From Bilabrum cf. latius (lineage: Eukaryota): a DNA stretch of 64,000 nt. Every line of letters begins with the position of its first letter. Within the stretch, counting starts at the first letter, position 1. The stretch is from NCBI GenBank assembly GCA_965178125.1, contig OZ237753.1:62001-126000 (forward strand). Reading direction: 5' to 3'. Positions 40,430-51,400 of this stretch are shown here, piece after piece. The notes under the pieces are model-generated. The model worked only from the letters and a program-made list of their open reading frames with translations, was not told the origin of the DNA and did not search any database. The translations under genes and the position numbers were made by a program.

Positions 40430-41127
40430 GGAAGGAAGGAAGGAAGGAAGGAAGGAAGGAAGGAAGGAAGGAAGGAAGGAAGGAAGGAAGGAAGGAAGGA
40501 AGGAAGGAAGGAAGGAAGGAAGGAAGGAAGGAAGGAAGGAAGGAAGGAAGGAAGGAAGGAAGGAAGGAAGGAAGGAAGGAAGGAAGGAAGGAAGGAAGGA
40601 AGGAAGGAAGGAAGGAAGGAAGGAAGGAAGGAAGGAAGGAAGGAAGGAAGGAAGGAAGGAAGGAAGGAAGGAAGGAAGGAAGGAAGGAAGGAAGGAAGGA
40701 AGGAAGGAAGGAAGGAAGAGGAAGGAAGGAAGGAAGGAAGGAAGGAAGGAAGGAAGGAAGGAAGGAAGGAAGGAAGGAAGGAAGGAAGGAAGGAAGGAAG
40801 GAAGGAAGGAAGGAAGGAAGGAAGGAAGGAAGGAAGGAAGGAAGGAAGGAAGGAAGGAAGGAAGGAAGGAAGGAAGGAAGGAAGGAAGGAAGGAAGGAAG
40901 GAAGGAAGGAAGGAAGGAAGGAAGGAAGGAAGGAAGGAAGGAAGGAAGGAAGGAAGGAAGGAAGGAAGGAAGGAAGGAAGGAAGGAAGGAAGGAAGGAAG
41001 GAAGGAAGGAAGGAAGGAAGGAAGGAAGGAAGGAAGGAAGGAAGGAAGGAAGGAAGGAAGGAAGGAAGGAAGGAAGGAAGGAAGGAAGGAAGGAAGGAAG
41101 GAAGGAAGGAAGGAAGGAAGGAAGGAA
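40430..41127 (+). repeat. (GGAA)n microsatellite, ~700 bp
   Basis: Pure GGAA array with one interruption near 40718. Confidence 0.99.
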
Positions 41128-41405
41128 CTCTGATTTAGCAGGCATGGTGATCTTGTGATCGACCGGCGAGGTGTCATTCCTGTTCGAGTCTTCACGTAAA
41201 AAAGAGAGAAATCAGCCTCTGCGCTAGACAGGACTAGCAAAGAAATATAGAAACAGCCTTAGCCAGTAGCTTTCTTCTCTGGCATGGCCGGAGTGGCTGG
41301 AGCGAACCAAGATGCTGTACTGAACCGAGCAAGCATTACAAGATCCGGTAAGACTTGGGATCAGGCCCGACTGATTCCGAGTCGTTCGGGTCCTGGTTTG
41401 TGCTC

Positions 41406-44379
41406 TGGTCGGCGCCGCGCCCAGGCAGCGGCGACGGGAGAGGGTTCCGGATTTTTTGCAGCCACATTTCTCGGCTACCACTCAATGAATTTAGTTGAGG
41501 CCCTGCCAATATGATTGAATTGAATATTTAATTCGAGTGGTCCGCTGGATCTAAGGTTATGGATCCGGCAAGTAGCTCCACTGGCCCGTCCGACAAGGTG
41601 AGGCGCTGCTCGCCTGGTACTCAATCGCGATTTTCTCGAGATTGAGGCAAAATCTCAAATACTATCATTGATATTTTGTGTAAAACATACTCAAGAAGTA
41701 TTTGGTCGTGTGCTTGATCTCGTGTGTTTCAAATTGGAATGCATACGCGTACCTGTGTTGGGGACCGTCCTTGGTGTGCAGCGGCTCCTGGCTATCTTGG
41801 CGATTGAGCCTCATCAAGGCTTCCTATGCAGATAAATATGTTGCTATGTTTACACGTATTGGAGATATGTTCCAGACGGACGATTTTGAGCCGCTTAGGG
41901 TGAATACTCAGCATTTTCGTGCTTTGTGAGCGGTTCGGGTGCCGTACTGCTACCGACCTGCAGGTCTTACCTGTGCCGAGTTCATTTTGCCGGGCCTGCA
42001 TATCGATTTTCATGCGATATTCTACAATTTGAGCGAGTTTGAGTAGAATCGGAGATGATAGTTTTGTGAAAATTGGCTTCAAAGATAGGGCTTGCGCAAG
42101 AGCAAATGCACCTCTCTGACCCAATATAGCCATAACTTGGGGCATTTAACGGCCTAATTGTATTTATATTGTAACATTGAATTGCATGATGTACCTTAGT
42201 TGCAATTATCGCAGTCTCAATCGACCGAAGATTGCCTAGAATGACCGGACGGCGACCTCCAAGACAGGAAAAAGGGATATGCAGATAACTGGCCGGGCCT
42301 AGAGCTAAGGCGAGAGATGCTTAAGAATAAATTGGCCGCTGCTGACGCCCTTGCACTTGGTGCTGCTCGATATGCGTGTGCTTGTGTGGTGCGCTAGGCT
42401 GCAGCAGCACTTTCAGGCAGCGGGGCTACTGGGCCTGCAGCCTACTACATCGGCTGTTGTACCTCGCACTGACAGTGAGCCCCTGTATGACGTAGCAAAT
42501 GCAAATGCCCTTCTGCTACTAGCTTGGGTGTCCCCGGTCGGAAGGCAAGCGGTGCGTCAAGTGATTTGTTGGGCCGTCCACGAGGACTAGATTCGCATCT
42601 CCGGCGATGGCTGGTGAGGATGCTTGCTGAAATACGGAACGCGTCCATCGTTCTAGCTAGTCTTTCGACGCATTGTACAAGGACGTGGCTGCGAGTGAGC
42701 ATGCATGTTGCGTAGATCCTCCACAGTGGAGACCGGGACAACGCCACGATGGGAGGCGCTACCACAGTCGACCTCCTGGAAGCGGCTTGCTTCGCGGGTT
42801 CCGAGTAGCCGTGTCGGTGCGTGATGAAGAGGGGAGTGTCAGTCCTGACCGCGCCCTCGCCCGACGTGGTGCGGCTCGCCGTATCTCGAGCAATGATCAA
42901 CCGCCTGGTGGGGGTGGGCCTGCTTGCACGCGGCCCACGACAGCCTGGGCAGGGTGGCACGGAAGCCAGGGCGATCTGAGGGGCTCATGCTGCGCCTGTA
43001 GCGAGACAGAATGCGAGGTGAGGCGGCCTGCGGCGCAGCATCTGTGCCGAGCAATGCCTCCGGCGGAGAGCCTCGCCCAGCGGCGAAGGTCGCTCGATCC
43101 AGGGTTGCGCGGGCCTGCTCGGTGGGGTCGCTCGTAGAGCCTTGGCACGTAGTGCTGTGGATCCTGGCCAGCCGAGAGAGCCGGTTATTCGTAAGGTACC
43201 ATAGCCTTAAAATGCTGCCCGAGACGCGTCCAAGCTGATCGAGTACAGAGAGAAGCGGGAGTGCATCAGATCCTGGACCTGACCTCCTGGCTGTTCCGGT
43301 TTGGCTTGGGAGGAGACTTGCTGGAGGCTGCCGTAGAGAACGCTGGATAGGGCTGTCCCTGGAGCCGTTTCTATTTGTCGTCGCTGACAAGAAGGCATGG
43401 GGGTAGAAGGGCGTGAACAAGGGTAAGACCAAGAGCGGGGGCAAAGGGTGGGCTGCAGACATTGAGGAAGCAGCGCAGGGCGGGGCGGGGGGGAGGAGCA
43501 GGCGAGCCAAGCGCGGTCTCGAGCATTACGGCAGGGCGTAAACGCGAACAGTTGCGGTCAGGCATGCACAAGAAATGGGTTGAACGCTACGGCAGCGATG
43601 GCGAAGACGACCTGAATGACCAGGAAGACGAGCTGGGGGACCAGGAAGCGCAGGACGCAGCCGAGCAGGCACAGGAGCAGGGATTGCAGATAGCAACGGC
43701 GACAACGCGGTCCGGGAGGATAGTCTCGAAGTATCATCTTCAGCCGTCACGGGGTTTTACGGGCTGACATGCGCTTGAAGGAGGCGTTTTGGTTCGGCTC
43801 GAACGAAGCCCAGCCGCGCCAGGCATTCCACTTCGCGGACCCAGTGCAGTTCCGGCGGTTCGGCACGAAGTCAATTCGACGCAAACTGGTGCAAGGGATG
43901 TAAGTATAGTCCAAATACACATTTGCGGGCTTGATTTTGCGCAGTGACCTCTATGGGCCTTGGAATCATAGAATTTATGTCCCTTGCAGGGCAGTGCGAT
44001 ATTGCCTTTGGCTAGGCCTGGCACGACGCTAACCAAAAACATTTTCCACATAATCTCACAGTCGATGGATAATTGGTTTGAGGTGTGATTCTAGGCGTTT
44101 TGATCAAAAACCCTTTCTGTGTACGTCTGTAGCCGCACCCAAGCAACAAGGGGTACTGACCCTTCATGGTATCACAGGTGCGCATCACGAAGTCTAACAG
44201 TATTTTCCACAGCCAATACCACAAAATAATATCATATTTAATCATTAAATTGTATCAATGATCACGTTGCATGCAAAATTCCCGAGATAATGGGCGGTTC
44301 CAGATTTGGCCAGAACCCCGAAATAGTTGCGTGCACTTAAATCGGTCCCGTCGCCGCTGCCTGGGCGCGGCGCCGACCA
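41406..44379. mobile_element. TIR-bounded decayed DNA transposon (~3 kb)
   Basis: Perfect 34-bp inverted repeats TGGTCGGCGCCGCGCCCAGGCAGCGGCGACGGGA (41406-41439 and 44346-44379), with CTC on both flanks. Broken internal + strand coding ends in an acidic tract and TTRSGR. Confidence 0.7.
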
Positions 44380-44879
44380 CTCCCGAGGCACTTCCCTTGG
44401 GGCAAGCGCTCGAGTGGAGGCTGAGAAGGAACACGCAGCGCCACAGATATAAAGATCTGGGCACTGGAGTTCTATGAAAGGTGGTGAATCCACGGATTCT
44501 TTCGAATCTGCCGACTGTTGGCCAACGAAGGCTCATGATGCCAACACTCACGCAGCAACTCAAAGCCATGCGTACTAGCAGGCCAGTGGACCATGCTTGT
44601 CAATGCTCGACCTCGAAGCAGCGGAATCATTCGGCCTCCCGCACGATGTGGTTGTCAAAGCACGAAGCAGATTCAGGCTCGTTTGTAAGCAGTTCTAGGA
44701 CGACCTGAAGGGCGAGGAATTCAAGGATGATGCGTTCGGGATGTGTACATCGAGGCGGAGAGGCTTCTGCCTGCTGTGAGCAAGGCATCGACTGTGAGCA
44801 AGGCATCGACAAAGCCAGGCGCTTCGGTCAAGGGTGCAGTACAGGTCGACAGGAAGAAGAGATCGGTGATTACTAATCA

Positions 44880-45130
44880 AAACCGCAGCGATATGCAGGT
44901 TACCATTTAAGGTGGCTCGTTTCATTCTCATGCTGCCACTGTGTAGCGCTGAGGTGGAACAGCTCTTCTTGGTACTGAAAGCGTGCAGGGACGACAGAAG
45001 GACAGGAATTTCGCCTGACTAGAGACTTGTGGAGGGCATGGTTAGATGCGATCGAGAGAGATCGATCGCAGTGCTCGAAGCAATATTGGGGCCTACGACC
45101 GTGAGAGCCTTCGCAAGCCGCAGGAAATGC
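44880..45130 (+). pseudogene. hAT transposase C-terminal dimerisation-domain remnant
   Basis: VARFILMLPLCSAEVEQLFLVLKACRDDRRTGIS resembles the hAT consensus (lP.ssA.vER.FS.lk......R..ls). Confidence 0.6.
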
Positions 45131-45460
45131 TTACTGGCTGTGCAAACCTGTCGCACAAGCCATATAGATATATTGCTGCAGAGAACGCCGACTACGAGTC
45201 CAGCGGGCCGTAGGGGACCTCGTCATCGGCCTCGACTCGGATGAGGACGAGGATAGCTCGCAGGGGAGCTAGCCACAGCAGGACGATGAGGTGGTGGAAG
45301 TTGCCAGCGGCATTGCCACAGGTAGTGATGGTTTGGCTGCACTGGCAGCCAGCAAGGAACCAGTCGCACGCCCGAAGCCAGCCCAAGAGTACATAATGAA
45401 CAAATAAAAAATATTCACTTTCTGCGTCCACTTCTTTGACGGCGTGAGGTTGCAACCCTA

Positions 45461-48400
45461 ATCGAAGATGAAGACAATACACCCGAGGCGGCGCGTGCCA
45501 TCACCACAACACCGCGTGCTCACTTCGAAAGACACTGAACCGTCCGCTTCCTGACCTCTGTCTGCTGGGAATTGGTTAGAATACATGTAAGCGAAAAACT
45601 TCAATCTGTACTCCGCGTGTACATAGTCTAGCTATATCTGGCCCTGTGTCTGCCATTTCAAGAATGATCAAGCGGCACGCGCCACTCTGCCATAACTTGA
45701 CTTGCAATGAAAATCCACCTCCGCCGCAGCAGAAGGGCGCCATGAAGGCTGTATTATATTCAATAGCTCTTTCCCTGAGTGTAGCAGCCGCGTCAGACCC
45801 TCTTAAGGACGGTCTTGGCGATGACGTGGAACTGCTCATCCATCTGGACTTTTCAACCAATTCGTTTGGGCAAGTACTCACGCAGAAGAACTCTGGCAAG
45901 GCAAAGCTAGGCTCTGGGTCTTGGCAAGGCTTGCGTGCGGCGTACACCGCGTTCTCCAACACGCAGATGTCGCCGTGGGTGTACACAAGTCAGGTGGGGT
46001 GCTTCTCAGCCGCCTACATGACCAGCTCCGTCATCATGGAGTACGTCCCGGCGACAACCGAAGCCGATGACATGAAGAAGATTGATATCAGTAGCAGCCA
46101 CAACAGGTACATTTTTGCGGTCGGACAGCCTTACACGTACCCAATGCCATTGTATCCTTGGGAGGTCATCAGTATGGGTGAGAGACGTACAGCGCCTGTT
46201 GCACTCTCGTATGTCACAATCAGCCGCAAGGGTCTGCAGCGTTGTGGTGATGCCTGATTGTACAGGTTGGCATAGCATTGGCACGTCGTCCAAGTATCCA
46301 TGATTCGCACGTTCTGTGTCGCAGGCCGCATCGTCAGGAGCTACGGTCAGCGAGTCCGCAACGGCTGGAACCTCGGCTGGGACGGCACCGTGACTTAGTA
46401 CTACTACGCCAACCCGGCTTCTGCCAGAAACCGGCCCGTGCTTGGATTCATGGGCCGGTCTGGAACCGCTGGCTCAGCCAATTCGCAGGCACAGGCGTCG
46501 CTCAAGAAGGAGGAGCTGCCGTACAACTTCGGTTTCTCCTCGTATAGCGGCTGGCGTGACGAGAACCCGATGGTAATGGCGGGGTGGACCAAGAAGGTAG
46601 GAACAGAGCACCAGTTCCACGTGGGTCTGAACGATGACATCACCGAGAGCCCTGCCTCGGGCACTAGGAACCAGGAGACGTTCCAAGGCGTGTCGGCCTC
46701 GTATTCGAGCCTGCGGGACTTCACCGGAGCCGTCTACTCAACTGGTGAGCAACATTTGAGCCATCGTTGCAAATATGCTAGCCTGTATAGCCCATGCGTG
46801 ATGCCCTTGTCTCCTTGATTCCTTGCTCTCGCAGCCAGCCGCCTCCGCATCGGCAGGGACTATGGGGAGGTGCAGGGGCGCACCGTCAACGGGATGCCGT
46901 ACTGGGTGAGATTGGGTCCTGTAATGCTTGCGCGGAGTTCAGTCACAAATGTGTAGACCAACCGTAGACTCGAACCGGATTGACACCTCGCCAGTCGATC
47001 ACAGGATCACGCCAGTATCAGATGAACGCTCGCGAACGAACAGCTGACCTTGCCAGCCACAGACATGGCCAGTTTGCCGCATGCCTTGATAAATGCATTG
47101 CATGTCAGCGGCTGTGGCGATTACACTGGTGTCTCCTTCTACAACCACATGAATCCCCCCTCCGCAGAACGAGATCAGGCCGAGGAGCGGCCTCAGTTAC
47201 ATGCTCGAGTACCTCGTTTACACAGCCCCCGCCGACAAGCCCATGAACACCACCACCATGAAGCGGATCAGTACTCATCTTCAGAACAAGTACAAGCCCA
47301 CTGTGCTCCCTGCAGTCAGCCAGCTGGTCCCCACCAGCTGGCTGCCCGACTACCAGAACGAGCTAAGCCGATCCGGATGCGGCACCTACAACTCCACATC
47401 ACGGACCTTCTCGCTGCCGCTCACTCGAAACTCTGCCTGCTAGATGTTCTGCAACGGAGGAAGGAGTTTCTCTCAGGGGTATTTCATGTCCTGGTCCAGG
47501 ACAAACTGGTACACGTTCGGCTCCGCAAGCTCCGGCACCTGGAACAGCGGGATGGGACGGTGCGGACGGAACTGCCCCAACCTGGGCATGCCGGAGAATA
47601 CTGAATCCTGCAGGCGCGTGCACAACTACATGGGCTTCGGGGACGACCTGGACGAGCTCAAGAGCAAAGAAGGACCTGAGTGGTATCCCATGCTTGTGCC
47701 GCTGCCCGCTTTTACTGCCTCCATCAACGCGGCAGGCGACGCCTGGAAGGTCGAGAACGAGCGGTTGGTGCACAAGGATGCCAGCGGGGGAGGCGGATGC
47801 CCCTCTGGATCATCGTCCACAAACGCCAAGCCCGTTGCTGACTTTGACTACCTTGGAGCCATGGGCAGCGCGCAGACATACCGGCACACATTCGGCCGCA
47901 CGCTCAATGTCGAGGCCAAGTTCATCATTCCGGAGGGGACGAGGGCGCAGCTGCTGCTCCGTAGGAGTACTTCCATTACGTTTGGGTACGCTGTCAGCCT
48001 CAAGGGCGGCGAGGACAGGCACCACATGACCTACTGGAGCTATGGGTACGATGCGACGGAGCGCAGGTGGATGTACACCGAGACGGAAGTCCGTTTTACA
48101 AAGGACTGCAGTATCCCAACGGACGACACGGAGGAGCCCCAGCTCATCCGAGCCGAGCAGGACGCCACCAATATCAAGGTGTACTGCGGTGACGAGCTCG
48201 TGTCCACGTTCAGCGATCCGTCCCGGAGCGTCCCACTCAACTTCGGCATGCAGGGCATTGCGGCGCAGGGTGACGGCGTGGAGATCGACGATTTCAAGGT
48301 GTGGACTGACTGCAAGGACAGCACGCAGTGCGATGGGATCGTGACTGGCGAGTTCTGCGAATTCCAGTGCAGGGCGGGATACGTGGCCGTTGCCGATTCA

Positions 48401-51400
48401 GAAGAGATGAGGTCCTGCGACTCGAACGGTGACTTTGCTGGCGAGGACCTCAAGTGCCAGCCGGCGCCCCCGACCATCCCCGACTTGGATGATGCGCTGG
48501 AGGTGGAGGAGCGCGTGATGCCCGGCACGCTGGTGGGCAGCCCCATCCAGGGCACCACACTGAGCGACGACCAGGCCATCCTGTGGTCCATCAAGCCGGA
48601 AGGGAACAACGACGGGCAGACAAAGGACGCCAGCGATAACTTCTTACCGGTGTTCACGATCGGGCTGTGTGACGGCTAGATCAAGGTGGCCAATGCTATC
48701 TTGGACTACGCCGTCAAGACCCAGTACGTGATCACTGTGGTGGGCAAGACGGACGGCAAGGATATCGCTGCCAGCGAGGTCGACGTGACCATCAACGTGC
48801 TGGACCGCAACGACCCGCCCGTCATGGACTAGATGGATCCCGTGATGGTCACCGTGAACGAGAACTCTGCAGTGGGTACCAACGTGGTGCCAGGGCCGTT
48901 TACTGCTACCGACCCAGACGGCGAGACTGAGTTCAAGTGGGAGATCCTGGCCGGCAACGATGACGGCTTCTTCACGATCGGCGAGTCATCGGGCCAGCTG
49001 TCGGTGGCCAAAGAGGGTCTCAACTATGAGGAGAAGAAAGAGCACCTGCTGTTCGTGACCGTGGCGGATGCAGAGGGCCTCAATGACGGGCGTGCTATCA
49101 ACGTGACTCTCAACGACGTCAACGATCCTCCGGAGGTACCACCTACTGTCCACGTGGTGGGCGAGCTCAACGCAACTGCGGGTTTCCCCATTGCGGTGCT
49201 GGAGTAGGATGATGAGGACAACGATGACATCGATTACAGCATCGTGTCGGTCACTCGGCTACCTGACTTCGTGGATGGAAACTTCCTCACCGACACATCC
49301 ACGACTCGCGAAGCACTGCCGCCGAACGAGATCGTCTTTGATCTCCGGGATACGCCTGACACCAATGACCCCACCGGCACCAAGCAGCTCGAGTTCAAGG
49401 TAGACCTGACCTACCACACGGCCCCCCAGGAAGACGACCCCATGTACCCCATCGAGTACGAGGGCAGGCTAGTGAGGGGCGTGTACGAGGTCGAGCTAGC
49501 GGCCGATGATGGGCGCGTGTCGACTCCCACCGTGGGCAAGCAGATGGTCATCATCGCGTCCGACCTCACCGCTCGGGACCTGGCCTCTGAGCCTCTGCTG
49601 ACTGCTGTGCAGGTGTGCGACGGACAGTGCAACGACCAGGTGCGGGAGGAGGATGAGTACGTCTACCGGGCCATGCTGACTAGGGGGACTGCCGGGGGGC
49701 GCACCCAGGGCGTGAGGCTGCTGGGGCTCAACCTCGTAGAGACCACAAACCTCAAGGTGTGGTACGAATCGGTCAACATGATGCCCAAGCTGTCGTACAA
49801 TGCCACCAACTGCGTGGTAAAGAAGAGCGGTGACATGGATGACGAGGGCAACGACCTCGACTACATGACGTGCTAGGTGCCTCCAGGCGTGGGACGTGGC
49901 CTGCGGTGGCACGTGGTCATGCGGGGGGAACAGGTGCGTACCCTGGAGCCGCTGTTCGCCGACTACGGAGCACCTGCCGTGACCTCCATCGCCGGCCCCA
50001 ACGACCTCGTCAACACGCGGCCCATGAGCACGGCAGGCGGTGAGACGATCATCCTGACTGGCGCCAACCTGGGCTTCGGAGGGATGGACCTGAAGCTGGT
50101 GCAGGTCAGGTACGGCTTCTAGTCCGACCTCATGGGTCCCGTGGATGCTAGCAACTTTGACAGTTTGCCATTCTAGGCGTCTGTGCAGGCGGATGGGGTG
50201 GAGTACGGCGAGCTGAGAGTCAAGACCGACGAGGGGTACGGGCAGGGACTGAGCCTGTACGTGCGCGTGGGAGGGACTGTGTCAGAGGTGGCTGCTGCGG
50301 ACCAGATCGAATACGCCGCTCCTGCGGTGACGCGTGTGAGCGTGCCAGCCGGATCCATGCACGGCTTGGACTCGATGGACGCTGCGGGCGGCGAGACCAT
50401 CGTGGTGGAGGGTCGCAACTTCGGGCCCATGACCGACATCAGCTCAAGGGCGCTTGTGCCCCGCGTGTCGTATGGCACCAGGCCCAGCACCATCCCCGGG
50501 CTGGTGACTGGCATTGGTGATCACGAGTACGTGAGCGACGTGACGTGCACCAAGGACGTCGGATCGGAGCACACGAGGCTGACGTGCACCACCGGGGCTG
50601 GTGTGGGCCGGAACCACCGCCTCAAGGTGGTGATGCCAGGGCAGGTGTCCACCACATTCGACCTGGAGAGCAGCCCCTCCTCGGAGCAGCTGAGCTACCT
50701 GCCACCGGTGATCACCCGCGTGTTCGGGCCTGGTGCCAAGGAGGCCTCCACCTCTGGAGGCGATCTGGTGGAGATCGACGGCGAGCACTTCGGACCTGTG
50801 GCCATGAACGCCATCGAGTTGGTGCAGTTCGGGCTGGAGAGCGATTTCCCGGCAGGTAGCGACCTGTACGAAATGGACCAGGACGAGGCCACGGGGGCAT
50901 GCGAGGTGGTGCGTGACCCGGCCAGGCACGGTGTCAGCCGCGTCAACTGCCGACTGATCCCGGGCCGCGGTGCGGGCTACTCTTGGGCCCTGCGCGTGGG
51001 CGGGCAGATGACCGAGGCCATCTTCGAGGCTAACTCGAGCTACTCTGCCCCCACCATTGCAGGCTTTGACGACGTCTCCGATGCCGAGAACATCGATGCG
51101 GTGAAGCAAGGTCGCACGGAGGGCGGAGACCTCATAGAGATCTATGGCGACAACTTCGGCCCTGTGATGGACGACCACGTGGCCATCTCGTACAGGCTGG
51201 TCATGGCCCGCTTCGACGAGAGCGGCAATGCGATCGACCCCGAGATCAGGACGTTCGCCGTGGATGGCAGCAGCTGCAGCATGGTGGTGGACCACAAGCG
51301 GATCCGGTGCGAGCTGGCCGTGGGTGGCGGTGCCGACCTCAAGTGGACCATGGTAGTGGCTGGGCTGACTTCCAGAGACCCGGTGACTGCGTATGCTCTG

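Noticed and set aside
40156-41240. ORFs encoding (PSFL)n or (EGRK)n
   Set aside because: These are translations of the GGAA microsatellite.
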